A stretch of DNA of 64,000 nucleotides from Vicinamibacteraceae bacterium (GCA_012270995.1 JAAXHG010000051.1:5768-69767), one strand, 5' to 3'; positions 54,399 through 64,000 are shown, counted from the stretch's first letter. A program made the numbers and translations. The notes: generated from the letters alone by a model not told the origin.

Positions 54399-54652
54399 CA
54401 GAACTCGACATCGCGCGGCTTCACCTGGAGTCGTTCGAACTCTCCGTCGTCCTGGGGCATCGCGAGGAGATGTTCGGCGAACGTAGGCGCCTTCGCTTTC
54501 TCCAAGTGGCGGAGGCGTTCGTACTCCTCGTCGGCGAGCACGACGACCGCCGGCTTGCCTCGTCGCGTTACGCGTTGGGGTTCCCCCGCCAGAGCGGCTT
54601 CGACGACGGCGCTGAACTGGTTCTTCGCTTCCTGCAGTTGCCATGCCGTCAT
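54398..54652 (-). CDS. Phd/YefM-type antitoxin
   Basis: MTAWQLQEAKNQFSAVVEAALAGEPQRVTRRGKPAVVVLADEEYERL. Confidence 0.8.
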   Translation of the reverse strand: MTAWQLQEAKNQFSAVVEAALAGEPQRVTRRGKPAVVVLADEEYERLRHLEKAKAPTFAEHLLAMPQDDGEFERLQVKPRDVEF

Positions 54653-54857
54653 GAGTTCCTCCGGTGTCTGGCTAGTGGAGCTGGCCAGATTGTCGCCTTC
54701 AGTCGTGTTCGAGGTCAAGGGCGGTTTCCGTTGTTCGCCCGGCGTCGAGGAGGGCGTCGCGCGAGACCAGTTGTGGGAAGGCTCAGCGGGCTGCGGTGGC
54801 GCCGCGTCCCGACCGAACGTCCTTCTGGCGATGGAGCGACTGCTACGCTGAACGGCC

Positions 54858-56204
54858 GTGTCCGGCGCCGCCGTCCTCCTCTCGATCGTCACTTCGGCGA
54901 TCGCCTTTGGCCAGATCGTTGGAGATCAGGTTGACCCGGCGCCGGGCGATTCGGTCGCGGTCTTGGCGAAGGCGCGCGCGGCTGTCGGGCGGGCGCCCTC
55001 CGAGTTCGCGCCTGCGTTGGCTCTGGCGCGGGCGCTCACGGCTCTCGGACGCGCCGATGATGCCCTCGCGGCGTTCGCCCACGCGCGCGAACTCGCGCCG
55101 GCCGGAGCGGGCGGCGATGCCGTCGCCTCGGCCTCGCTCGCGCCTGCGTTGCTGCTGCGCGATCTTGACCGCACCGGCGATGCGATCCGGTTGCTTGAGG
55201 AGGCGGTGGATCGTCGGCTCGGGAGCGCCGACGTGTATGAGCAGTTGGCCTTGCTCCGACTGGCGGAAGGTCAGGCGGACGAGGCCCTGGCGGCCGTCTC
55301 GGCGGCCGAGGCCGAGAACCTTGCAAGTCCTGGCCTCGACCTCGCCCGCGGACTGGCGCTGGCGCGCCATGCGAACCGTCGCGGCGAGGCTCTGGGCTAC
55401 CTGCAGCGCGCGCTCGACGCCGGCGCGGGGGATCCGGTCGTCGTGCATCTGGAAGCGGCGGACGTCCTCGCGGCCGAAGGGCGCTTTCCTGAAGCGCTCG
55501 GCCACCTTCGCGCCGCCGCGGAATCGGCGCCGGAAGAACCGGAAGTGGTCTACCGCCTCGGGCGCACCCTCGCCGCCGCCGGCGACCGCGAAGCCGCCCG
55601 CGCGGCGCTCGAGCGCCACCGGTCTTTGGAGGAGGCCCGAGAACGCGCGGCGGAGGCCGAGCATCTTGCGTCCACGGAGACGGCGTCGGCCTTGTCTGAC
55701 GCGCGGCGGTTGGCGGGGGAGGGCGATCTCGAAGCCGCGCTCGAACGCCTGGCCGGGCTGCCGGAACGGCGGGACGCTTCCCGGGCCGCGGACGTGTACT
55801 CCCTGCGGGCCAAGGTCCTGTACTCGATGGGTCGGGTCGACGAGGCCGCAGCCAGCATCGCCGAGGCACGGCGGCTTGAGCCGAATCGGGTTGAACACCA
55901 CTACCTGGAGGGGATGTTCCTGCACACGGCCGGGCATGCCGAGGACGCCGCCGCTGCGCTCGAACGCGCCCTGGCGCTCGATCCCGGCCTCGGCGAGGCC
56001 CACGCCCTTCTCGGCATGATCGCCGCGGAGGCCGGCCGCTCCGCCGAGGCCGCCGAGCGGATGGAGCGGGCGCTCCGACTCGGGCTCGACAACAACGCGC
56101 CGCTCCGTTTCAACTACGCCCGGGTGCTCGAGAACCTGGGGCGTAGTGAAGAGGCCAAGGCCCAGATGGAGGCGTTCGAGCGTCTGAGACCGCTGCCGCC
56201 GTAG
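54858..56204 (+). CDS. TPR-repeat protein (secreted)
   Basis: Signal-like N-terminus followed by repeated Ala/Leu-rich 34-residue TPR-like units. Confidence 0.7.
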   Translation: MSGAAVLLSIVTSAIAFGQIVGDQVDPAPGDSVAVLAKARAAVGRAPSEFAPALALARALTALGRADDALAAFAHARELAPAGAGGDAVASASLAPALLLRDLDRTGDAIRLLEEAVDRRLGSADVYEQLALLRLAEGQADEALAAVSAAEAENLASPGLDLARGLALARHANRRGEALGYLQRALDAGAGDPVVVHLEAADVLAAEGRFPEALGHLRAAAESAPEEPEVVYRLGRTLAAAGDREAARAALERHRSLEEARERAAEAEHLASTETASALSDARRLAGEGDLEAALERLAGLPERRDASRAADVYSLRAKVLYSMGRVDEAAASIAEARRLEPNRVEHHYLEGMFLHTAGHAEDAAAALERALALDPGLGEAHALLGMIAAEAGRSAEAAERMERALRLGLDNNAPLRFNYARVLENLGRSEEAKAQMEAFERLRPLPP

Positions 56205-56356
56205 TAGGCTCGTCACCCGACGAGCGTCTACAACGAGGGCAAAGTCGTCGCCGAAGACATAGGCCAGCACGTTCGTGTCGATCGACGAAGCACGGCTCTC
56301 ACGGAGGTATCCTCATCCATTGCTCGAATCCTGACTCCGGTGGGCAGCTCTCCGTC

Positions 56357-57628
56357 GTGACGAGCGTCTGGGTCAGCGGCGTCCTGGCGGCGGCAAGTGC
56401 GATCGTACTTGCCGCGCCGCCCGATGGCCCTGCGTTGGACGGGTTGGCGCCGTTGGAGCTTCCGGAGGAAGTCGCCACCGCCAGCGACCTTCGGTGGAGA
56501 GAAGACGGGGTCCTGCTGCTGGGCGTCGACGATCATGGGGTCTACTCTTGGCGGCTAGGCGCGGACCATGCGGAACTCTTCGTCACGCTGGCGGGGTCGC
56601 CGCTCAATGCCATGGGCAGGAACCGGAACTACTCTCGCCTGGGCGGGTTTTCCTCCGGGGCGCTCGCGTTCTCGAGTTTCGCCGATGGAGTGCTGCGCCA
56701 TGAGGAAGGCGAGTTCAGCTACTCCAAGGCCGTTTCGCTCGTAGGCGATGTCGACCGACGTCACGGCAGGACGGCCGTCGTCGGAGTCAACCGCGGCGAG
56801 GACGGCGACTGGGAAGACCGCCTCGCCTGGTTGATTCCCGATGACGGAAGGGTTCGCGGCCTTCTGCCGAGGCGGACCGAGAGCAGCTACTGGAGCCTCG
56901 CCAAGTATCTGGGAGTGGTGCGCGTTCTGTCCGAAGATCGAGTGTTGGTCGTTCCCGGCCTGGAGCCGGGAGTCTTTCTCCATGACGGCAGCGGCCGCCT
57001 CCGGGACACGCTGGGAACCGAGGCGTTCTTCGCCGAGAGCCCGTGGAGGATCACCCCCGAACAGGACCGGCTGCTGATCGAAAAGGCATGGCGCGCGGCG
57101 TGGCTGAGTCAGCACCGCGTGATCGACGAAGTGGTGGCCGACGACCGCGGCAACGTCTTCTTCTTCGTGCGGCACGCGCCGAAGGGACTGCCCTACCCGG
57201 AGGAGATCTTCCTGGATTCTCGGGGGGAGGTGAGCGGAAGCGTGGCGGCCCAGCACCGGAACCTGCTCGAAAGACTTGAGAAAGCCGGCATCGAACCTGC
57301 CGAACCGACTGCTGAAGGCGGGCACAAGACGTTCGAGATCACGGATCCGGATCTGGTGGAGGCGTTTCTTCGCATCAGGGAACCCCTGCGAGCGGAGCAG
57401 TTCGCCAATGTCTGCTGGGACCTGGTCCACGCCCGCATCGACGCGCTTCGTGCCGCGACGAAGACGGACTGCGTTGTTGAGACGGAGTTCGCGGACAGGC
57501 GGTTGCGGGCGGACGCGCACGGCGCCAGAGTGGCGATCCTGCTTCAAGGCAACACCTACCGTCCCGCCGGGCCCGTGCGGCCGGCCGAGGCGTTCGAGGC
57601 GCGGCTGGTTCCTCCGGGGCGGCCATAG
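56357..57628 (+). CDS. secreted hypothetical protein
   Basis: GTG start, signal peptide VWVSGVLAAASAIVLAAP. No motif recognised. Confidence 0.5.
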   Translation: MTSVWVSGVLAAASAIVLAAPPDGPALDGLAPLELPEEVATASDLRWREDGVLLLGVDDHGVYSWRLGADHAELFVTLAGSPLNAMGRNRNYSRLGGFSSGALAFSSFADGVLRHEEGEFSYSKAVSLVGDVDRRHGRTAVVGVNRGEDGDWEDRLAWLIPDDGRVRGLLPRRTESSYWSLAKYLGVVRVLSEDRVLVVPGLEPGVFLHDGSGRLRDTLGTEAFFAESPWRITPEQDRLLIEKAWRAAWLSQHRVIDEVVADDRGNVFFFVRHAPKGLPYPEEIFLDSRGEVSGSVAAQHRNLLERLEKAGIEPAEPTAEGGHKTFEITDPDLVEAFLRIREPLRAEQFANVCWDLVHARIDALRAATKTDCVVETEFADRRLRADAHGARVAILLQGNTYRPAGPVRPAEAFEARLVPPGRP

Positions 57629-57630
57629 GG

Positions 57631-60600
57631 GTGGCGGGGCGAAGTGGTGCGCGCCTGCCCGGTCTTCTGCTGGCCGCCGGCCTTGCCGCGACGCCGCTGA
57701 CGAGCCAGCCGGCCGACGGCGGTCCCACGCGGCTGGTCTGCCTCGATGTGGATGGTCGCGCGTTTGCGGTCGATCCGCTGCCGGGCGGCGCCTCCGTTGG
57801 GAGTCTGAGCGATCTCGCGCCGGATCGGGAAGTCCTTCTCTGCTGGTACTGGAACGACGCTTGCCCGCCGCGGCGGCACTTGGCGGAGGACGGGCCGGTA
57901 CCTGACGGCGGGTGCGATGAAACGCGGCGGCTTGAGGTTCGGATCCTGCCGCCGCGGCATGCAGGGGACGAAGGGCTCGGCTCGGCCGAGGTTCAAGTCA
58001 CGGCGGCGCCCGACCGGATGTGGGTGGAAATCCCCCGACGTTTGCTGCCGACGGTCGTGTCGGGCTCGCCCGGCCTGTCCGTCCCGCGCGGCGACGGCGG
58101 TTGGCGTGTGCAAGCCCAGGCCGGCGACCATGCGTCGTCCTGGCACTGGGTCGCTTCGGATCGGGACTCAGTGGAACTGGCGCTCGAACCGGCAACCGAC
58201 TTCCGGTTCGAGGTGACCGCGGCCGACGCCCCCCTGGCCGAGGCCCGCTTCTATCTGGTCGAGGAGGCGACGGCTCATCGGCCGCAGGCGGCCTACCTGG
58301 GCTTCGAGGCCTCGGACGAGGAAGGCGTCGTCGCCATCACGTTGCCGAGCGCGGAGCGCTCCGCCGTCGTCGTGACGCACGACCTGCGGTCCGCGGCGCC
58401 TTTCTCGAGCCCTGGGAACGTGCCGCCGAGGATTGAACTGGCGCCTGGTCTTGTCGTCAGCGGCCAGGCCACGAACGAGGCGGGAGATCCGGTCGGCGGC
58501 GTGCGGCTCCAGGGGCTGTCGTTCATTCCGAACGGATTCGGCCTGTTGCAGCGGCAGCTTGGCCGAACGGAGCTCGACGGGCGCTTCCAGGTCGGCGGGT
58601 TTGCGCCGGGCCAGGTCTCGTTGCAGGCGAAGGCGGAGGGGCTCGAGTTTGGGCGGACGTTCAGCCTGGAGGAGTCGGTCGATCTCGGCACGATCGTCTT
58701 GCGCTCGTCCGAGGCGGCCTGGCTCCGGGTGCTCGATGCGAGAGATGGCGCGGCGGTGCCGGGCGCGAGGATTCGGGACTCGAGCGGCTACTGGACGACC
58801 GCGTCCGAGGAGGGACCGACGCGGCTGTCGCTCACGTTCGGCCGCGAGATCACGATTCTGGCCACGAGATACCTTTCGACTCGCTTCGAGTTGCCGAACC
58901 GCGTTGGGATGACGGCGGAGGAGCCCTTCGTTGTCCAACTGGTGCCGGCCTTCTTCGTGGAGGGGGTCTTCGTTGCCGCGGACGGTACGACGCCCGCGGC
59001 GGGGGGACGGGCGAGCGCGACCCGACGCGGGGAAGAAAGGAGCGAGATCAGACAGAGCTTCATACGGCCCGACGGCTCGTTCTCGATCGAGTTGCCCGCC
59101 GGCGCCTGGCGCCTGGAACTGTCGGCCGGGAATGCGGGAGTCCTGCGTCTCGACGTTCAGGGCGCCGAAGGGGAGTCGCGCGACCTCGGCGTGGTTTCGG
59201 CGGAACCCTCCGTGTGGGTTGCCGGGCAGGTGCTTGACGAAGACGACTACGCGCCCGTGGCGGAAGCCTCGGTCTCCTACACGCGACCGTCGGAGTTTGG
59301 GCCGCTGATGGCGCCGGTGCTGGGCGAGGTGCTGTCGGTGGCGACGGATGCGGAAGGCCGCTTCGAGTTGTTCGGCCTCGAGTCCGGGAAGTCGACGCTC
59401 CGGGTACGGGCTGACGGCTACGCCGTCCGGAAGCTGGAGGTAGAGGCGCCGGCGAATCAGGGGTTCGACTTCGGCGTCGTCGAATTGTCCCGCGGGCGTC
59501 GCGTCACGGTGCGTTCCGATGTGGACCAGGGCACGGTGCTGCTGGATATCGGAGGCATGGGCCTGCCGGAGGATCGGCTCGTCGCGACGCTGGCCGAGAG
59601 GGAAGCCACGTTCACGAACGTGCCGGAGGGGTCGTTCGACGTGCAGGTCCACGAGGACGGCCAGCCAGTGTGCATGAAGCGTGTGCGTAAGAGCGCGGGA
59701 GACGAGGTCGTCGTCTGCAATCACGGCGCGGTGAGAGTGACGGGTATCGTGACCAGGGGAAGCGAGCCGGCGGGGGGCATGCTCTCCTGGCGGCGACGGG
59801 CCGAGGCAAACTTCGCGGAGGGTGTCGCCCGGCGTGCCGTTGGCCCCTTCACGGAATCCAGGGGCGTCACGTCTACTCAGAAGCTGGAACTCAAGGCGTC
59901 GCTTGGCGGTGACGGACGTTACAGCCTGCCGGCGGTTCTTCCCGGGAAGTGGGAGGTCATCTGGGCGCCGCTATCGGGCGGCATCCAGGATGCCCGGTCG
60001 GTCACGGTGCCGAACGCTCGGGAAGCGGTCCTCGACTTCCGGTACGACGACGTCTCGATCGAGGGATTGGTCATTGGCCCGGATGGAGAAGCCGTGCCCT
60101 TCGCCGGCGTGACCGTCTTCCCGAGCCGACAAAGGGCCGCCGCGGGCCGGGACGGTCGCTTCAAGGTGCTGGGCCTGGCGCCTGGAACGCATCGTCTGCG
60201 CGCGCGCCGGCAGCATCTGCGGTCCGCCCTGGTCGAGGTCGAACTGCGTGACGCGACCGACCGGGAACTCGTGCAACTGCAGCTTGAGGAAGGGACCGCG
60301 GACGAGGAACTCGTCATCTCGATTCGCGGCGGCGGCGGAGGCTTCTGCTTCGTCGACCTGGACCTGTCGTTGCAGCAGATCGTTCGGGTGGAGAACGGCG
60401 TGGCCAGGGTGGTTCCAGCCGAGCCTCTCCCCGAGAAGGTGCGGATCGCCTGCCACGTCGAGGGTCGGTGGATCCTCGACGACTGGCGAGAACTCCGCCG
60501 GGCCCTGGACCGAGGCGTGGAGTTCGACCCCAGGGAGTCGAACGCGACGCTGGAGCTGATCGCCGAGGATTCGGCTGGCCCGGTGGAGATCATCGGACCC

Positions 60601-60774
60601 GGCGGCTGGGACCTGGGAAAGCTCCGTCCCTGGTTCGGCGGCGCCTCGACCTTTGCCGGCGGCGAAACGGTCGCCAACCTGCCGGTCGGTGAGTACGTTC
60701 TGCGCTGGGGCGGCCAGACGAGGGCCGTGTACACGCAGAGACGGCGCGCGACGGAGGTCGATCTGGACTTCTGA
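57631..60774 (+). CDS. large secreted protein with repeated carboxypeptidase-regulatory-like (Ig-like) domains
   Basis: Signal peptide. Repeated segments of the type GxVxDxxGxPVxGAxV....TDxxGRFxLxGLxPGxxxLxVxAxGY. Confidence 0.6.
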   Translation: MAGRSGARLPGLLLAAGLAATPLTSQPADGGPTRLVCLDVDGRAFAVDPLPGGASVGSLSDLAPDREVLLCWYWNDACPPRRHLAEDGPVPDGGCDETRRLEVRILPPRHAGDEGLGSAEVQVTAAPDRMWVEIPRRLLPTVVSGSPGLSVPRGDGGWRVQAQAGDHASSWHWVASDRDSVELALEPATDFRFEVTAADAPLAEARFYLVEEATAHRPQAAYLGFEASDEEGVVAITLPSAERSAVVVTHDLRSAAPFSSPGNVPPRIELAPGLVVSGQATNEAGDPVGGVRLQGLSFIPNGFGLLQRQLGRTELDGRFQVGGFAPGQVSLQAKAEGLEFGRTFSLEESVDLGTIVLRSSEAAWLRVLDARDGAAVPGARIRDSSGYWTTASEEGPTRLSLTFGREITILATRYLSTRFELPNRVGMTAEEPFVVQLVPAFFVEGVFVAADGTTPAAGGRASATRRGEERSEIRQSFIRPDGSFSIELPAGAWRLELSAGNAGVLRLDVQGAEGESRDLGVVSAEPSVWVAGQVLDEDDYAPVAEASVSYTRPSEFGPLMAPVLGEVLSVATDAEGRFELFGLESGKSTLRVRADGYAVRKLEVEAPANQGFDFGVVELSRGRRVTVRSDVDQGTVLLDIGGMGLPEDRLVATLAEREATFTNVPEGSFDVQVHEDGQPVCMKRVRKSAGDEVVVCNHGAVRVTGIVTRGSEPAGGMLSWRRRAEANFAEGVARRAVGPFTESRGVTSTQKLELKASLGGDGRYSLPAVLPGKWEVIWAPLSGGIQDARSVTVPNAREAVLDFRYDDVSIEGLVIGPDGEAVPFAGVTVFPSRQRAAAGRDGRFKVLGLAPGTHRLRARRQHLRSALVEVELRDATDRELVQLQLEEGTADEELVISIRGGGGGFCFVDLDLSLQQIVRVENGVARVVPAEPLPEKVRIACHVEGRWILDDWRELRRALDRGVEFDPRESNATLELIAEDSAGPVEIIGPGGWDLGKLRPWFGGASTFAGGETVANLPVGEYVLRWGGQTRAVYTQRRRATEVDLDF

Positions 60775-60791
60775 CAAGCCGCGGCTGGCGC

Positions 60792-63383
60792 TCAGCGGTT
60801 CCCGCGGCCGGACGATCCGGCCTGCGCCGCGGCTGCGGAGTCGCAGGCGAACGCCTGGTTGTCGGCCACCGGCTGGAACGCCTCCCCGAGGGGACTCGTG
60901 ATGACGCGTCGCCGCTGGGTGACCGGGTCGGCGACTTCCAGTTCGACCTCGACATCGGTCAGGCCGGTGGCGTAGAGCCAGTACCGGTCGTTCAGCGCGC
61001 AGGCGTTCAGTACCTTCAGCACGATCTCGACGTTCGCCGGATCGAAGAACGTGAAGTAGCCGGTGTCCCCGGTCAGGTGGGTGCCGGTCGCCAGGGCGCC
61101 CTCCTCCCCGGCGGCGGTGGCGAAGCGGGCCCGGACCCGGAAGCGGCCATCGTTGAGACAGAGGGTCGTCGTGTCCGGGACGCAGACCTCGATCGGCTCT
61201 GTCGGAGCATCCGGCTCGTCCTCGACCGCGACCACCATGCGGCGCTCGCCAAGAGCCGCGCCGCCCAGCGGGTCATGGAGTTCCAGTTCGATCGTCTCCG
61301 TGCCCTCGCCGGAGCCGTCCTCGTGCAGCCGGAGCGCGAACCTCCGGCCCGCCGAATCGCCGTGAGCCCAGGCGAGCGTGCGTGCGATCGGCTCGTAGTC
61401 GGTCCCCGCCGTGGCGGAGCCTCCGGCGGACCGCACGGAAACGGCGACCGCGCCGTCACTGCCGCCGGCCCGGCCGACGCTCAACGTGATCTCACCGTCC
61501 GCTTCCTCGGCGGTCACGGACGGCAGGGAGAAGCCCAGGGTGCCTGGATACTGCTCGGGCAGGTCGCCCGCCAGGGAGAGGGCGACGAGTTCGGCGTCGG
61601 AGGATCCGGCGCCGACCGCGACGGCGACGTACTGGCGGCCGTCCACGGTGTAGCGCATCGGGGCTCCCGAGGCTGGCGCCGGCAGCGGGATCATGCGGAG
61701 CACGTCGCCGTTCGCGGGATCGAGGACGGTCAGCGAGGGCCGGGACCGGTTGGCGTAGAAGAGCAGGTCCTGGGTGGCGAGCAGGGACGGGGTGCCGGCG
61801 TAGCCGTTCACGCCGTCGTTTGCCCGCTGCCAGAGGAGCTCGCCGCGGTCGAGGTCGTAGGCGGCTACGTGTCCCCAGGGCGGCTTCAGCAGATAGCGGT
61901 TGCCGGAGGCCCACAGGATGCCCGAGTCGTACAGGTAGTAGCCGGAGATGGCGGTTCGATAGAGGCGGATCCAGAAGGGAACGACCCCCTGGACCGGGAC
62001 GTACAACCTCGATCGAACGGGATCAAAGGCGGCGCCGCCCCAGTTCGCGCCGCCGCCGAGACCCGGATAGATGACGGCGCCGCGGGTGGACAGCGGCGTG
62101 TAGATCGGCCCCCAGTCGAGGTCGGCGAGAACTTCCTCGGCGCCGTCGCCCAGATCCTCCTGCGCGATGCCCAGCCGGTCGAAGGGCGGCGGTTTCGTTG
62201 GCTGCGGCTGGGTCAGCGCGGTGCGCTCGCCGGGCACGCTCGACTGGGGGACCGGAACCTCGTGGATCGGCCACACCGGCCTGCCGTTTCGCCGGTCGAA
62301 CACGAACACCCAACCCTGCTTCGTGACCTGCGCGACCGCGGGGATCTCGCGCCCGCCAACCGTGATGTCGACCAGGTTGGGCGGCGAAGGCAAGTCGAAG
62401 TCCCAGATGTCGTGATGGACGATCTGGTAGTGCCAGACGCGGCGGCCGGTCCTCGCGTCGAGGCAGACGATGCTGTTCGCGAACAGGTTGTCGCCCCGGC
62501 GGTGGCCGCCGTAGAAGTGGTTCGACGGAGCGCTGACCGGCAGGTAGACGGTCCCGAGCTCCAGGTCGGCAGTCATCGGCGGCCAGACGTTGGCGCCGCC
62601 GACCCGTTCGGCGGAGCCGTTCTCCCAGGTCGAGTAGCCGAACTGCCCGCGGCGCGGCACGGTATGGAAGGTCCACAGCAGCCGGCCGGTGCGCGCGTGG
62701 TAGCCGCGGACGTCGCCCGGCGGCCACTCCGGTTGCGGCGCCCAGTCCATGACCGAGGAGCCGACGACGACCACGTCGCCGACCACCGTCGGCGGCGAGG
62801 TGTGGCCGTACTGGTCGGAGCGGTTGTTGAGCGAACGGATGCCGGCCTTGAGGTCCACGGTGCCGCGGTTGCCGAACTCGCGCCGGGGCGTTCCGGTCGC
62901 CGGATCGAGCGCGATCAGGCGCGCGTCGCCGGTCGCCAGGTACAGGCTCTCCGTCTCGCCGTCCGTCCACCAGGCGAGCCCGCGGTGGAGGAAGCCGTTG
63001 TTCGGAGGGCGTCCCGACTCGTAGCTCCTCGGATCGTGGACCCAGAGCTGCCGGCCGGTCGCGGCGTCGACGGCGGCCGCCTGGCTGAACGACGTGCTCG
63101 TGTAGAGGACGCCGCCCTTCATCAGCGGTGTCGCCTCGAAGGCGACGATCTCGAGACCGGCGTCGGGGTCCGCGATCGCGTTGTCCGGCGAATCCCAGCG
63201 CCAGCGGATCGCCAGATCCCCCACGTTGCCGCGGTGGATCTGGCCGAGCGGCGCGTACTTCGTGCCGCCGGCGTCGCCGCCGTACTCGCGCCACTCGCCT
63301 CCGATCGCGCCGTGCTGTCCGGCCGCCGGCGCTGCGGTCGCCGCAAGGGCGAGCAGGATCGCGGCCGGGGGCTTGCGGGTCAC
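60792..63383 (-). CDS. PQQ-dependent dehydrogenase with C-terminal Calx-beta and an uncharacterised Cys-bracketed domain
   Basis: Signal peptide. EWREYGGDAGGTKYAPLGQI and FEATPLMKGGVLYTST (quinoprotein propeller). GSATAGTDYEP...TETIELEL (Calx-beta). Terminal approximately 130 aa carry CVPDTTTLCLNDGRFRV...DTGYFTFFDPANVEIVLKVLNAC...AFAC. Confidence 0.8.
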   Translation of the reverse strand: MTRKPPAAILLALAATAAPAAGQHGAIGGEWREYGGDAGGTKYAPLGQIHRGNVGDLAIRWRWDSPDNAIADPDAGLEIVAFEATPLMKGGVLYTSTSFSQAAAVDAATGRQLWVHDPRSYESGRPPNNGFLHRGLAWWTDGETESLYLATGDARLIALDPATGTPRREFGNRGTVDLKAGIRSLNNRSDQYGHTSPPTVVGDVVVVGSSVMDWAPQPEWPPGDVRGYHARTGRLLWTFHTVPRRGQFGYSTWENGSAERVGGANVWPPMTADLELGTVYLPVSAPSNHFYGGHRRGDNLFANSIVCLDARTGRRVWHYQIVHHDIWDFDLPSPPNLVDITVGGREIPAVAQVTKQGWVFVFDRRNGRPVWPIHEVPVPQSSVPGERTALTQPQPTKPPPFDRLGIAQEDLGDGAEEVLADLDWGPIYTPLSTRGAVIYPGLGGGANWGGAAFDPVRSRLYVPVQGVVPFWIRLYRTAISGYYLYDSGILWASGNRYLLKPPWGHVAAYDLDRGELLWQRANDGVNGYAGTPSLLATQDLLFYANRSRPSLTVLDPANGDVLRMIPLPAPASGAPMRYTVDGRQYVAVAVGAGSSDAELVALSLAGDLPEQYPGTLGFSLPSVTAEEADGEITLSVGRAGGSDGAVAVSVRSAGGSATAGTDYEPIARTLAWAHGDSAGRRFALRLHEDGSGEGTETIELELHDPLGGAALGERRMVVAVEDEPDAPTEPIEVCVPDTTTLCLNDGRFRVRARFATAAGEEGALATGTHLTGDTGYFTFFDPANVEIVLKVLNACALNDRYWLYATGLTDVEVELEVADPVTQRRRVITSPLGEAFQPVADNQAFACDSAAAAQAGSSGRGNR

Positions 63384-64000
63384 GGCGGGTGCAGCACGTA
63401 GCGGATCAGATCCTGGACCTCGGACGGCCGGAGGGTGCTGAGCAGGCCGCTCGGCATGGGCGAGAGAGAGGACTCGTCGAGACTCTCGATCTCCTCGCGC
63501 GGAATCGTCTCGACGTGGTTCGGGTCGAGCGGGTTGGAGCGGATACGCACGGCTTCGTCGTTCGATTCGACGAGCAGACCGGAGTAGAAGCGTCCGTCGA
63601 GGGTCTCGACCAGGGTCGTGAGGTAGTCCTCGGCTACCTCGTCCGAAGGCTCCAGGATGTGGCGCAGGGTGTCCAGCGCTCCCATGCGCTCGCGCACGTC
63701 GTCGAGGGCCGGGCCGATCTCGCCGCCGGCGCCGCCGAGCTGGTGGCAGGTGGCGCAGCCGGCCTCGAGGAAGAGCCGCCTGCCGCGCACGAGTTCCTCG
63801 TCGCTTGCGGGCGGGGCGGCGTCCAGCGGAGAGACGTCGGTCTCCAGCATCTCGTAGCTCCAGTCGGCGACGAAGGCGCGCTGGGGAACGTCCGGGGCCA
63901 GCCGGGGAGCGGCGTAGCGGGTGACCGCCGTGCCGTCGAGCCGCTCGACCACCCGCATCGTGCCCTTCATCAGGATCCAGTGTCCCGGGAAGGTGCAGAC
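63380..64000 (-). CDS. cupredoxin (azurin-like) + c-type cytochrome fusion, 5' end outside the window
   Basis: The open frame continues to the window edge with VCTFPGHWILMKGT (a Cys-x2-Pro-Gly-His-x3-Met copper site). Haem motif CATCH. Its stop overlaps the GTG of the PQQ dehydrogenase (GTGA). Confidence 0.7.
   Translation of the reverse strand, partial: VCTFPGHWILMKGTMRVVERLDGTAVTRYAAPRLAPDVPQRAFVADWSYEMLETDVSPLDAAPPASDEELVRGRRLFLEAGCATCHQLGGAGGEIGPALDDVRERMGALDTLRHILEPSDEVAEDYLTTLVETLDGRFYSGLLVESNDEAVRIRSNPLDPNHVETIPREEIESLDESSLSPMPSGLLSTLRPSEVQDLIRYVLHPP

Noticed and set aside
56205-56315. Minus-strand frame reading ...RESRASSIDTNVLAYVFGDDFALVVDARR, which resembles the N-terminus of a VapC PIN toxin.
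   Set aside because: There is no start codon between the upstream in-frame TGA (56315-56313) and the motif. The frame then runs antisense into the TPR gene. At most it is a short decayed remnant and is not reportable as a gene.
56228-56536. 102-aa minus-strand ORF between the TPR gene and the next secreted-protein gene.
   Set aside because: It overlaps the signal-peptide-bearing plus-strand gene starting at 56357. It has no motif or plausible composition.
1-64000. Searches for CRISPR arrays, rRNA and tRNA genes.
   Set aside because: By eye I found no regularly spaced 25-40 nt repeats and no cloverleaf-like or rRNA-like segments in the intergenic regions. This was a visual scan only, so tRNAscan and Infernal runs would be needed to be sure.

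Overview
A roughly 70% GC bacterial chromosomal segment, possibly from a Gemmatimonadota-, Acidobacteriota- or Myxococcota-like Gram-negative (a guess from gene content only). All calls rest on reading the supplied ORF translations and the raw sequence. No searches or computations were run, so domain names come from recalled motifs.

Gene content, left to right:
- **1-8 kb:** housekeeping genes (PH-domain membrane protein, Fpg/Nei glycosylase, TatD, M23 peptidase, amidase), plus a lower-GC islet (about 1.9-3.85 kb) with two secreted proteins. One of these is a metzincin-like protease interrupted at an 8/9-nt tandem repeat.
- **8.1-19.5 kb:** an approximately 11-kb menaquinone super-operon that is tightly translationally coupled: regulator, polyprenyl synthase, menG, menF, menD, menH, menB, menA, menE. 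There is no menC. An uncharacterised ATP-grasp-like gene is coupled to menE.
- **20-25 kb:** apaH, a serine hydrolase and a TolB-propeller/M28/PDZ protease.
- **25.3-45.3 kb:** three paralogous small coiled-coil/TM genes bracket a Na+/solute symporter and a 17.3-kb defence island (27.7-45.0 kb). The island is flanked by about 260-300 bp direct repeats.
- **45.4-64 kb:** M14 peptidase, GldA/F/G-like ABC system plus a DUF4340-like protein, VOC protein, VapBC, TPR protein, two large secreted proteins, and a PQQ dehydrogenase (with Calx-beta) coupled to a cupredoxin-cytochrome c protein.

The island core is an SNF2/DUF3883-like helicase, a DUF1156-type methyltransferase and a DUF499-type ATPase. 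Nested inside it are:
- a DUF262-HNH-AlbA_2 fusion;
- a HEPN-MNT-HEPN triplet;
- a fused ABC-ATPase/Toprim (PARIS/OLD-like) gene with a C-terminal frame break;
- an ABC-ATPase + PIN-like pair that I cannot assign to a named system.

I found no rRNA, tRNA, CRISPR array, integrase or transposase.
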